Positions 43,319 to 51,877 are shown, counted from the first letter of the stretch. The stretch: 64,000 nt of DNA from Dehalococcoidia bacterium (GCA_022820645.1 JAJEFD010000006.1:79537-143536); one strand, 5' to 3'. Notes: generated by a model from the letters alone, not told the origin. A program made the numbers and translations.

Positions 43319-44587
43319 ATGCTGAGCGTACAGGAGAATGAGCAACTGACGCAGGTCGGCCCCGGAACGCCGATGGGCGAACTCATGCGACGCTACTGGC
43401 ACCCCATCGCAGCCAGCGCCGAACTGATCGAGCGTCCCACCAAGGCCGTCCGCCTGCTCGGTGAGGACCTCGTCCTCTACAAGGACAAGTCCGGCACACT
43501 CGGCCTCATCGACCGCTTCTGCCCCCACCGTAGAGTCGACCTCTCCTACGGCATCCCCGAGGAGAACGGCCTGCGCTGTATGTACCACGGCTGGATGATG
43601 GACGAGACCGGACAGTGCATCGAGCAGCCCTTCGAGGAGACGGTCCACCCGGACGGTCGCTTCAAGGAGAAGGTGAAGATCGCAGGCTACCCGGTCCGCG
43701 AGATGGCGGGGCTGGTGTTCGCCTACCTCGGCCCGCAGCCCGTGCCGCTGCTCCCGCGTTGGGAGCACCTGCTCTGGGAGAACGCCGTCCGCGACATCGC
43801 CATCACGGAGATCCCCTGCAACTGGCTGCAGTGCCAGGAGAACTCGCTCGACCCCGTCCACGTCGAGTGGCTGCACGCCTACATGGGCGCGTACCGCAAC
43901 ACGGACCGCATCGCCACGCAGCAGCGCGGCTCGTCGCGCAGGCACCAGAGGATCGGGTTCGACGAGTTCGAGTTCGGCATCATCAAGCGCCGCATCCTCG
44001 AGGGCAAGGACGAGACCGACGATGAGTGGGCTGAGGGCCACCCCGTCCTCTTCCCGAACATCCTGCTCGTCGGCAACGAGGCGCGCGCCACGTTCCAGTT
44101 CCGCGTGCCCGTGGACGACACGAACACACTGCACGTCTCCATCTACAACTACCGCGCCGCGCCCGGCGCAAGCGCACCGACGCAGGATGCCATCCCCTAC
44201 CGCTACGTCCCGCTGAAGGACGACGAAGGACGCTACATCGTCGACTGGACGTTCAACCAGGACTACATGGCCTGGGCGACGCAGGGCCCCATCGCCAAGC
44301 GCCACCTGGAGATGCTGGGGCAGTCGGACGTCGGCATCATCCTCTTCCGCAAGCAGTTGAAGCGGAACATCGCGGTGATGGAGGACGGGGGCGACCCGAT
44401 GAACGTCTTCCGCGGAGACGAGCTCGGACTATTGCACGCGCCGGTGGAGAAGGTGAAGTTCGGTGTGCGGGCGCAGGCGCGCTACGTCCGGCCCGAAGCC
44501 GGCGACACCCCGGCGGTGCCGCAGATCGAAGAGGTCATGAGCACCTGGGTCGACTACCTCGGCGAGGAGGCCACGCTGGGGCGGTAG
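43319..44587 (+). CDS. Rieske non-heme-iron oxygenase alpha subunit - R2
   Basis: Start reassigned to MLSVQENEQLTQ (RBS GAGGAGG). CPHRRVDLSYGIPEENGLRCMYHGW and NSLDPVHVEWLH. Confidence 0.85.
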   Translation: MLSVQENEQLTQVGPGTPMGELMRRYWHPIAASAELIERPTKAVRLLGEDLVLYKDKSGTLGLIDRFCPHRRVDLSYGIPEENGLRCMYHGWMMDETGQCIEQPFEETVHPDGRFKEKVKIAGYPVREMAGLVFAYLGPQPVPLLPRWEHLLWENAVRDIAITEIPCNWLQCQENSLDPVHVEWLHAYMGAYRNTDRIATQQRGSSRRHQRIGFDEFEFGIIKRRILEGKDETDDEWAEGHPVLFPNILLVGNEARATFQFRVPVDDTNTLHVSIYNYRAAPGASAPTQDAIPYRYVPLKDDEGRYIVDWTFNQDYMAWATQGPIAKRHLEMLGQSDVGIILFRKQLKRNIAVMEDGGDPMNVFRGDELGLLHAPVEKVKFGVRAQARYVRPEAGDTPAVPQIEEVMSTWVDYLGEEATLGR

Positions 44588-44651
44588 GGACGCCCCACTT
44601 CTCGCTGCCAAGCCGCCAGAGAAAGCTAACGCGGTTAACCTCGCGTCGCGC

Positions 44652-44680
44652 TTGACCGGCGCACACGTCCGCCCTACCCT
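44652..44680 (+). promoter_or_regulatory. Putative promoter of Rieske gene R3 (TTGACC-17-TACCCT)
   Basis: Paralogous to 41884..41912, with the same 40-nt distance to the ATG. Confidence 0.4.
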
Positions 44681-44719
44681 TACGCCACGCACACCCACGT
44701 ACGCGAGGAGAATGCACGC

Positions 44720-45997
44720 ATGCTCAGCGTCAAGGCCAACCAGGAACTCACGCAGGTCAGCGCAGGGACGCCGGGGGGCGAGCTCATGCGCCGCTACTGG
44801 CACCCCATCGCCGCGACGGCGGAGCTCGACGAGCGCCCCACCAAGCCGGTGCGGCTGCTCGGCGAGGACCTCGTCCTCTACCGCGACAGATCCGGCACCC
44901 TGGGCCTCATCGAACGCTTCTGCCCCCACCGTCGGGTCGACCTCTCCTACGGCATACCGGAGGAGAACGGCCTCCGATGCATGTACCACGGCTGGATGAT
45001 GGACGAGACCGGCCAGTGCATCGAGCAGCCCTTCGAGGAGACGGTCCATCCGGACGGACGCTTCAAGGAGAAGGTCAAGATCGCGGGCTATCCTGTGGAG
45101 GAACTCGGCGGCCTCATCTTCGCGTACATGGGCCCGCAGCCCATGCCGCTGCTGCCGCGATGGGAGCAGCTGACGTGGGACAACGCGGTGCGCGAGATCT
45201 GCATCTCCGAACTGCCGTGCAACTGGCTGCAGTGCCAGGAGAACTCACTCGACCCCGTCCACAACGAGTGGCTCCACGCCTACTACGGCAACGTCGTCCG
45301 CAACGGCGTCCACGCGCTGCCCGAACTGCGCGGCACACACCTCAAGATCGGGTTCGACGTCTTCGAGCACGGCATCATCAAGCGCCGCGTCGAGGCCGGA
45401 TACACCGAGGAGGACGACGACTGGAAGGAAGGCCACCCCATCATGTTCCCCAACATCCTCCTGGTGGGCGACGAGGTGCGCTCCACGTTCCAGTTCCACG
45501 TGCCCGTGGACGACGAGAACACATACCACGTCTCCTACTACGTGTGGCGTCCCGCGCCCGGAGCACAGGCCCCGCGTCAGGAGAGCGTCCCCTACCGCTA
45601 CGTGCCGCTGAAGGACGAGAACGACCGCTACATCAACGACATCCTCTTCAACCAGGACTACCTCGCGTGGGTCACGCAGGGCCCCGTCGCCAAGCGCCAC
45701 CTGGAGAAGCTCGGCGAGTCCGACAAGGGCACCATCCTCTTCAGGAAGCTGCTGCAGGAGCAGGCGCAACTCGTCGCCGACGGCGGCGACCCGATGAACA
45801 CGTTCCGCGACCCCGAGCAGAACGAGGCGATCAGCCTGCCGCTGGAGCACGTGAAGTTCGGCAACCGCCGCCGCATGGGCTACACGCTCGTCGAGGCCGG
45901 TGAGCCGGTCGTAGCCGACGTCGTGAACGAGACGCTGGAAAGCTGGGAGGGCATGCGCAGCCTGCCGCGCACCGCAGGGGCCGCGCACGGGGCGTAG
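44720..45997 (+). CDS. Rieske non-heme-iron oxygenase alpha subunit - R3
   Basis: CPHRRVDLSYGIPEENGLRCMYHGW and NSLDPVHNEWLH. Confidence 0.85.
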   Translation: MLSVKANQELTQVSAGTPGGELMRRYWHPIAATAELDERPTKPVRLLGEDLVLYRDRSGTLGLIERFCPHRRVDLSYGIPEENGLRCMYHGWMMDETGQCIEQPFEETVHPDGRFKEKVKIAGYPVEELGGLIFAYMGPQPMPLLPRWEQLTWDNAVREICISELPCNWLQCQENSLDPVHNEWLHAYYGNVVRNGVHALPELRGTHLKIGFDVFEHGIIKRRVEAGYTEEDDDWKEGHPIMFPNILLVGDEVRSTFQFHVPVDDENTYHVSYYVWRPAPGAQAPRQESVPYRYVPLKDENDRYINDILFNQDYLAWVTQGPVAKRHLEKLGESDKGTILFRKLLQEQAQLVADGGDPMNTFRDPEQNEAISLPLEHVKFGNRRRMGYTLVEAGEPVVADVVNETLESWEGMRSLPRTAGAAHGA

Positions 45998-46140
45998 CAG
46001 CCATTCAGAGCGACGTGTGACCGCCAGCACGGCGCAGGGGTTGACGACGGTCATCGCCCGATAGCGCTTGACGTTGCGCGGCTTGCTATAATCCCGTCGC
46101 AGGACAGCGCGAAATCCAGCAGCACAAGGAGAGAGACCTC

Positions 46141-47424
46141 ATGCTGACGCAGGAAGCGAACGACCGCTACACCCGGGTAGGCCCCGGCACCCCGATGGGC
46201 GAGCTGATGCGACGCTACTGGCACCCCGTAGCCGCCGTCTCCCAGATGAACGACAAGTGGACGATGAAGGTGCGCCTCTTGGGCGAGGACCTCATCCTCT
46301 ACAAGGACCGCTCCGGCACGTTCGGCCTCATGGAGCCGCACTGCGCCCACCGGCGCATGAACATGATTTACGGCATCCCTGAGGAGCACGGCCTCCGCTG
46401 CCCATACCACGGCTGGCTGTACGATGAGACGGGCCAGTGCACCGAGCAGCCGTACGAGGAGACAGAGGACCCGGAGGCGCGGTTCAAGGACAAGATCCAG
46501 ATGAAGGCGTACCCGGTGGAGCAGAAGGCCGGGCTGCTGTTCGCCTACCTCGGCCCGACGCCCGTGCCCCTCATCCCCAACTACGACGTCTTCTCCGCGA
46601 CCGGCGTCCTGCGCGACATCGGCTACGCGATGCTCCCGTGCAACTGGCTGCAGTGCCAGGAGAACTCGCTGGACCCGGTGCACCTCGAGTGGCTGCACGT
46701 CGCGTGGGCCAACTTCATCCGCGAGATGAACGGCGACAAGGAACGCCGCACCCGCTGGCCGCACAAGACCATCCGCTTCGACGCCTTCGAGCACGGCATC
46801 ATCAAGCGCCGCATCTGGGAGGGCGGTTCCGAAGAGGACACCGAGTGGAAGGACGGCCACCCCATCGTCTTCCCCAACTACCTGCGACAGGGCGGCGACG
46901 GCTACAACGTTGCCGACGGCAGGTACCGGGGCAGCTTCTCGATGGGCCCCGCCTTCCAGATCCGCACCCCCATCGACGACTACAACACCGCCCACTGGTG
47001 GGTCGCCTGCTACCCGATGATCGAGGGCGACGTCGAGCAGGCGCCGGAGGAGATCCCCTTCTACCTCCCGCCCGTGCCGACGCTGGACGAGAACGACCAG
47101 CCCATCTATCCCGAACTGCGCAGCAACTCCTCGCAGGACCCGGCGGCATGGATAACGCAGGGCGGCATCGCCGACCGCACGGGCGAGCACCTCGGCCGCT
47201 CCGACAAGGGCATCATCATGTTCCGCCAGATGCTGGAGGACAACATGCGCATCGTCGAGGACGGCGGCGACCCGATGGAGGTCTACCGAGACCCCGCGGA
47301 GAACGTCTACATCCCGTTCATGACGGAGCAGCACAACTACGTGGACACCTCGTCCCGCCAGGGGGCGGCGACGATGTACTCGCCCATCCTGGATAGGCGG
47401 GAAGCCGCAGCTGCGGCCAAGTAG
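46141..47424 (+). CDS. Rieske non-heme-iron oxygenase alpha subunit - R4 (more divergent)
   Basis: CAHRRMNMIYGIPEEHGLRCPYHGW and NSLDPVHLEWLH. RBS AAGGAGAG. A perfect TATAAT lies at 46087-46092. Confidence 0.85.
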   Translation: MLTQEANDRYTRVGPGTPMGELMRRYWHPVAAVSQMNDKWTMKVRLLGEDLILYKDRSGTFGLMEPHCAHRRMNMIYGIPEEHGLRCPYHGWLYDETGQCTEQPYEETEDPEARFKDKIQMKAYPVEQKAGLLFAYLGPTPVPLIPNYDVFSATGVLRDIGYAMLPCNWLQCQENSLDPVHLEWLHVAWANFIREMNGDKERRTRWPHKTIRFDAFEHGIIKRRIWEGGSEEDTEWKDGHPIVFPNYLRQGGDGYNVADGRYRGSFSMGPAFQIRTPIDDYNTAHWWVACYPMIEGDVEQAPEEIPFYLPPVPTLDENDQPIYPELRSNSSQDPAAWITQGGIADRTGEHLGRSDKGIIMFRQMLEDNMRIVEDGGDPMEVYRDPAENVYIPFMTEQHNYVDTSSRQGAATMYSPILDRREAAAAAK

Positions 47425-47435
47425 AAGACCCGACG

Positions 47436-47460
47436 GAGGGGGCAGCGAGGCTGCCCCCTC
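47436..47460 (+). terminator. Stem-loop after the Rieske array
   Basis: Perfect 11-bp stem GAGGGGGCAGC / GCTGCCCCCTC with loop GAG, 12 nt after the R4 stop. It is followed by TCTCGCTATCC, so there is no clean U-tract. Confidence 0.55.
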
Positions 47461-47568
47461 TCGCTATCCCGACCTCACCACTCTATGATTGCGGCGGCAG
47501 CGCGCCCGTTCTGCTCGACGTGGGGAGTGTTGCCGAACCTGAACACGACACATCGCAGGAGGCGCAAC

Positions 47569-48678
47569 ATGACCCTCATCCTGAATAACGACGACATCGC
47601 ATCCGTGCTGACGATGGAGGAGACGATAGGCGCGCTGCGGAACGCGTACGAGGAGCTCGCGCGCACCGAGGCCGTCTGCCGCCCGCGCATCGACATCCGC
47701 ATCCCCACGTCCGACCCCGCGAAGATGTATCAGTGGGGCACGATGGAGGGCGGCTCCGCGTCCGGCTACTTCGCCATCCGCATGAAATCGGACGTCGTCT
47801 ACGAGCAGGAGTACGGCGGCACGCGCACCCAGGAGAAGTACTGCCTGCGCCCCGGCCTCTTCTGCGGCCTCATCCTGCTGATGAGCGTCGATAACGGCGA
47901 GCCGCTCGCCATCATCAACGACGGCTACCTCCAGCACATGCGCGTCGGGGCCGACTCCGGCATCGGCGCGGGCTACATGGCGCGCGAGGACGCGTCGGTC
48001 GTCGCCATGATCGGCTCCGGCGGCATGGCGCGCTCGCACGCCGAGTCGTTCGCCGCCGTACGCGACATCAAGCGCATCCAGGTCTACAGTCCCACGAAGG
48101 CGAACCGCGAGGCCTACGCCGCCGAGATACAGGCGAAGATGGGCATCGAGGTCGTCCCGGTCGGGTCCGCTGCCGAGGCGTGCAAGGGCGCGCACATCGT
48201 CGCGGGGTGTACTGACGCGGTGGAGCCGGTCATCTTCGGCAAGGACATCGAGGACGGCGCGCACATGACCTGCGTCGGCGGCAGCATCGACGGCGAAGCG
48301 TTCGAGCGCATCGACCGCTCGCTCCGCCTCGGCTCGGCGCCTGCGCCGGTCGGCATACCGGAGATGCGGCTCCACGACGAGAACATCGCCTACGAGGCCA
48401 ACGCGCCGGACGGTACGCCCGCATCCGCGAGCCAGACGCGCGAGCGCGCCGGCAGGGGGCACGGCGTCGTCGCCGAGGACCGCGTCGTCTTCCTGGAAGA
48501 AGTGCTGCAGGGAGCACAGGCACGTCCCGGCCCCAGCGCCGTCACCTACTCGGAGCGCGGCAACATCCAGGGCGCGCAGTTCTTCTCCGTCGCGGGCCGC
48601 GCCTACGAACTCGCAAAGGCGAAGGGTCTCGGCCACGAACTCCCCACCGAGTGGTTCCTGCAGGACATCCGCGACTGA
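47569..48678 (+). CDS. Ornithine cyclodeaminase/mu-crystallin family protein
   Basis: Start at MTLILNNDDIASVLTMEETIGALRNAY (RBS CAGGAGG). Rossmann motif MIGSGGMARSHA. Confidence 0.7.
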   Translation: MTLILNNDDIASVLTMEETIGALRNAYEELARTEAVCRPRIDIRIPTSDPAKMYQWGTMEGGSASGYFAIRMKSDVVYEQEYGGTRTQEKYCLRPGLFCGLILLMSVDNGEPLAIINDGYLQHMRVGADSGIGAGYMAREDASVVAMIGSGGMARSHAESFAAVRDIKRIQVYSPTKANREAYAAEIQAKMGIEVVPVGSAAEACKGAHIVAGCTDAVEPVIFGKDIEDGAHMTCVGGSIDGEAFERIDRSLRLGSAPAPVGIPEMRLHDENIAYEANAPDGTPASASQTRERAGRGHGVVAEDRVVFLEEVLQGAQARPGPSAVTYSERGNIQGAQFFSVAGRAYELAKAKGLGHELPTEWFLQDIRD

Positions 48679-48766
48679 GGCGGGCGACGCGTCACACACC
48701 CGCCCCCTACCCCACACTCCCATCTCGGAGTAAGATGCGGCCATCCGGAACCGACGGAGGCTTGGC

Positions 48767-49867
48767 ATGGCGCGACGTTTCACCTACGACGACTGGATGG
48801 AGTCCCAGGGCATCCCCATCCACCGGGGCTACTACGTGGAAGACCTCCGCACCGCCGAGCTCGGCTGGTGGGAGGACCGCCAGGTGGACGCCGCGTTCAT
48901 GCAGTTGCGCGGCATGGAGGGCGTGGTCGAGGGCCGCATCGAGGAGATACCGCCGGGACACACGCTCCCACCGCTGAAACTCTCCGTCGACGAGCAGGTC
49001 TACGTCCTCGGCGGACGCGGTGTCGCCACCGTCTGGACGGACGACGTCCGCCCGAAGAAGACGTTCGAGTGGGCGACGCGCAGCCTCTTCCTCGTGCCGC
49101 GCAACTCGTACTGCCAGTTGACGAACATGGACGGCAACAACCCGGCGCGGCTGCTCCACTACAACTACCTCCCCATCGCCATGTCCGCCACACCGGACCC
49201 GGACTTCTTCGTCAACAACCCGTACTCCACCAACTCCTTCCTGCACAGCACGGAGGAGTTCTACTCCGAGGCGAAGGCCGTCATGGAGGAGGGCGAGGGC
49301 GCCTTCGCCGGACGCGGACGGCAGGTGTGGCACGGCAACTTCTTCCCGGACATGGCCGCCTGGGACAAGCTCGTCCCGTTCTGGGGGCGCGGCGCCGGCG
49401 GACACGTCGTCTTCATCCAGTCGCCCGGGTCGGAGATGCACGCGCACATGTCCGTCTTCCCCGCCCGCACCTACAAGAAGGGCCACCGCCACGGGCCGGG
49501 GCGCGTCATCGTCATCCCCGGCGGCGAGGGCTACTCCGTCATGTGGGAGGAGGGGAAGGAGAAGATCGTCATTCACTGGCACGAGGCGAGTTGCTTCGTA
49601 CCCCCGGACCGCTGGTTCCACCAGCACTTCAACCTCGGCCGGGCCGACGGGCGCTACCTCGCGCTCCATCCGCCGAACCAGTTCATGGGCATGTCCGAGA
49701 AGGTCACCGACCGCGGCCGCGACCAGATCGAGTACCCGAACGAGGACCCGTGGATACGCGAGTACTTCGAGAGCCAGCTGGCCGAGCGCGGCATGACGTC
49801 CGAGATACCGGCGGAAGCCTATGAGGACCCCACCTACGAGTGGGACTACTCGAAGTCCGCGGGCTGA
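48767..49867 (+). CDS. Bicupin protein, gentisate-1,2-dioxygenase-like (3-His site only in the C-terminal cupin) - cupin 1
   Basis: C-terminal barrel: YKKGHRHGPGRVIVIPGGEGYS...CFVPPDRWFHQHFNLG (HxH...H). The N-terminal barrel has G..YVLGGRG...LFLVPRN but no His ligands. RBS GGAGG. Confidence 0.7.
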   Translation: MARRFTYDDWMESQGIPIHRGYYVEDLRTAELGWWEDRQVDAAFMQLRGMEGVVEGRIEEIPPGHTLPPLKLSVDEQVYVLGGRGVATVWTDDVRPKKTFEWATRSLFLVPRNSYCQLTNMDGNNPARLLHYNYLPIAMSATPDPDFFVNNPYSTNSFLHSTEEFYSEAKAVMEEGEGAFAGRGRQVWHGNFFPDMAAWDKLVPFWGRGAGGHVVFIQSPGSEMHAHMSVFPARTYKKGHRHGPGRVIVIPGGEGYSVMWEEGKEKIVIHWHEASCFVPPDRWFHQHFNLGRADGRYLALHPPNQFMGMSEKVTDRGRDQIEYPNEDPWIREYFESQLAERGMTSEIPAEAYEDPTYEWDYSKSAG

Positions 49868-49963
49868 TGTCCGGCGCGGCACGCGCTCGCGCGATACGGT
49901 AAGATAGGGCGACGCCGGGCATAGTCCCGGCGTTGCGCTGCAATCTCTCTCTGGGGACGCCAC

Positions 49964-51487
49964 ATGCACGACGACGACGATCTCGACCATTCACACGTAT
50001 TCGACCTGCTGAACGACGAGGAAGCCGAGGATATCGAGGGGATCGAGAAGTTCACGCTCTACAGCGTGGGCATAGACATCGGCTCCTCCACCACCCACAC
50101 CATCTTCTCCCGGCTGGTGCTTCGCCGCGAGGGCGCCGGGCTCTCCGCCAAGTTCGTCGTCACCAACCGCGACGTGCTCTACCGCTCGCCCATCATGCTC
50201 ACGCCCTACTCCTCCGGCACCGCCATCGACACGGACAGCGTGCAGGAGTTCATCGAGCGCTCCTACAGCGAGGCGGGTTTCACGCCGGACGACGTTGACA
50301 CCGGCGCGGTCGTCATCACGGGCGAGGCGCTCAAGAAGGAGAACGCGCAGCCCATCCTCGAGTACTTCTCCGAGGAGTCCGGGCGTTTCATCTGCGCGTC
50401 CGCAGGCCCGATGCACGAGGCGCTGCTGGCGGCGTTCGGCTCCGGCGCAGTCGCCATCTCCAAGAGCAATTCCAACACCGTGCTGGACGTGGACATGGGC
50501 GGCGGCACGACCAAGATATCCCTCATCCGCAACGGCGAGATCGCCCAGATGGTCGCCATCGAGGTCGGCGCGCGTCTCATCGCCTACGACGACGACATGA
50601 CCATCACCCGCGTCGAGCAGCCCGCCCGCACCATCCTCGGCTCACTCGGCCAGACGGTCGAGGTCGGCGAGAAGCTCACGGACGAGAAGCGCGAGCTGTT
50701 CGCCGCCAAGATGACCGACATCCTCTTCGACGCCATCAGCGGCGGCGAGATGGACCCGCTCACCGATTCGCTCCTGCTCACCGACAGCCTCGACATCGAC
50801 TCGCTGGAGGACGTCGACCACGTCGTCTTCTCCGGCGGCGTGTCCGAGTACGTGTACGACCGCACGAGCGAGTCGTACGGCGACATCGGCCCGTGGCTCG
50901 GTAAGAACGTGCGCGAGCGCTGTCAGCAGACGTTGCGTCCCGGCATGCTGGTGATGCCCGCCGAGGGCATCCGCGCCACCGTTATCGGCGCGGGCGAGTA
51001 CACCCTGCAGGCGAGCGGGAGCACCTCGTACATCTCCACGCACGACGTGCTTCCGGTGCGCGGCATACAGGTCGCTCGGGCGTTCATTAACAAGGAGCAG
51101 ACCGCGGAAGAGATGGAGGCTGCGCTGGCGACAGGCGTCGGCAAGTACGACCTGGCGAAGCTGCCATCCACCATGGCGCTCGCCATGTCCATAGCCGGAC
51201 AGCCGGACTACTGGTACATCCGGCGCCTGGCAGAATCCATCGTCAAGACCGTGGACGACGAGCCCCCGGAAGCTCCGGTCTTCGTCGTCGTGGACGTGGA
51301 CGTGGCCAAGTCGCTCGGCGGCATCATCCGCGAGGAGTTGCACCTGGACCGGGCCGTCATCGCGATAGACGGCATCGAGGTGGGTGACCTGGACTACGTG
51401 GACGTGGGCAAGCCGATGGGCGCGAGCGAGGTCATCCCCGTCACCGTCAAGTCGCTCGTATTCTCCATCCGCTCGCAGTCCGGATAG
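49964..51487 (+). CDS. EutA-family ASKHA ATPase (homologue of the ethanolamine ammonia-lyase reactivating factor) with an acidic/His-rich N-terminal tail - EutA-like 1
   Basis: Collinear with E. coli EutA as I recall it: VGIDIGSSTTH, VDTGAVVITGEALKKENA, ICASAGPMHEALLAAFGSGA, VLDVDMGGGTTK, VFSGGVSEYVY, IRATVIGAGEYTLQASGSTS, VIPVTVKSLVF. Confidence 0.8.
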   Translation: MHDDDDLDHSHVFDLLNDEEAEDIEGIEKFTLYSVGIDIGSSTTHTIFSRLVLRREGAGLSAKFVVTNRDVLYRSPIMLTPYSSGTAIDTDSVQEFIERSYSEAGFTPDDVDTGAVVITGEALKKENAQPILEYFSEESGRFICASAGPMHEALLAAFGSGAVAISKSNSNTVLDVDMGGGTTKISLIRNGEIAQMVAIEVGARLIAYDDDMTITRVEQPARTILGSLGQTVEVGEKLTDEKRELFAAKMTDILFDAISGGEMDPLTDSLLLTDSLDIDSLEDVDHVVFSGGVSEYVYDRTSESYGDIGPWLGKNVRERCQQTLRPGMLVMPAEGIRATVIGAGEYTLQASGSTSYISTHDVLPVRGIQVARAFINKEQTAEEMEAALATGVGKYDLAKLPSTMALAMSIAGQPDYWYIRRLAESIVKTVDDEPPEAPVFVVVDVDVAKSLGGIIREELHLDRAVIAIDGIEVGDLDYVDVGKPMGASEVIPVTVKSLVFSIRSQSG

Positions 51488-51511
51488 CAGGAGCATTCGG
51501 AGTCTGGCGCC

Positions 51512-51835
51512 ATGCTCATCGCGGCACTCGTCTTTGGACTCCTGGGCGGGGTCGTCGGCCTCTTCATCGGGACGCTCGTATTCATCGGCGATCTGGTGGA
51601 CTTCGCGTTCCGCGGGGGAGATACCAACACCGCCGGACTGCTGGTGCTGTTCTTCGCCCTCCTGGCCATCGCGGGCTCGATCATGTCCCTCAAGAAACCG
51701 TGGCAGGCTGCGGCGCTCCTGCTCGTCTCCGGCATCGGCCCCATGATCGTCGTCAACATATTCGGAGCGCCCATCTTTTTCCTCACGCTCCTTGCGGCCT
51801 TCTCGGCTGTACGCGGACGCCGCGAGATCCGCTAG
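51512..51835 (+). CDS. Small 4-TM membrane protein
   Basis: 107 aa, almost entirely hydrophobic (LIAALVFGLLGGVVGLFIGTLVFIG, LLVLFFALLAIAGSI, AALLLVSGIGPMIVV, IFFLTLLAAF). Starts 24 nt after EutA-like 1. Confidence 0.55.
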   Translation: MLIAALVFGLLGGVVGLFIGTLVFIGDLVDFAFRGGDTNTAGLLVLFFALLAIAGSIMSLKKPWQAAALLLVSGIGPMIVVNIFGAPIFFLTLLAAFSAVRGRREIR

Positions 51836-51848
51836 CGCAGACACGAAA

Positions 51849-51877
51849 GGGCCGGAACGCGACTTGCGTTCCGGCCC
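51849..51877. terminator. Bidirectional stem-loop terminator
   Basis: Perfect 12-bp stem GGGCCGGAACGC / GCGTTCCGGCCC with a 5-nt loop, followed by CTCTTTCTC. Lies between convergent genes ending at 51835 and 51902. Confidence 0.65.

Noticed and set aside
46068-46092. Promoter TTGACG ... TATAAT upstream of R4.
   Set aside because: The TATAAT (46087-46092) is perfect, but the nearest TTGACG (46068-46073) is only 13 nt away and the other (46041-46046) is 40 nt away. The spacing does not fit a standard sigma70 promoter, so I did not call it as a feature.
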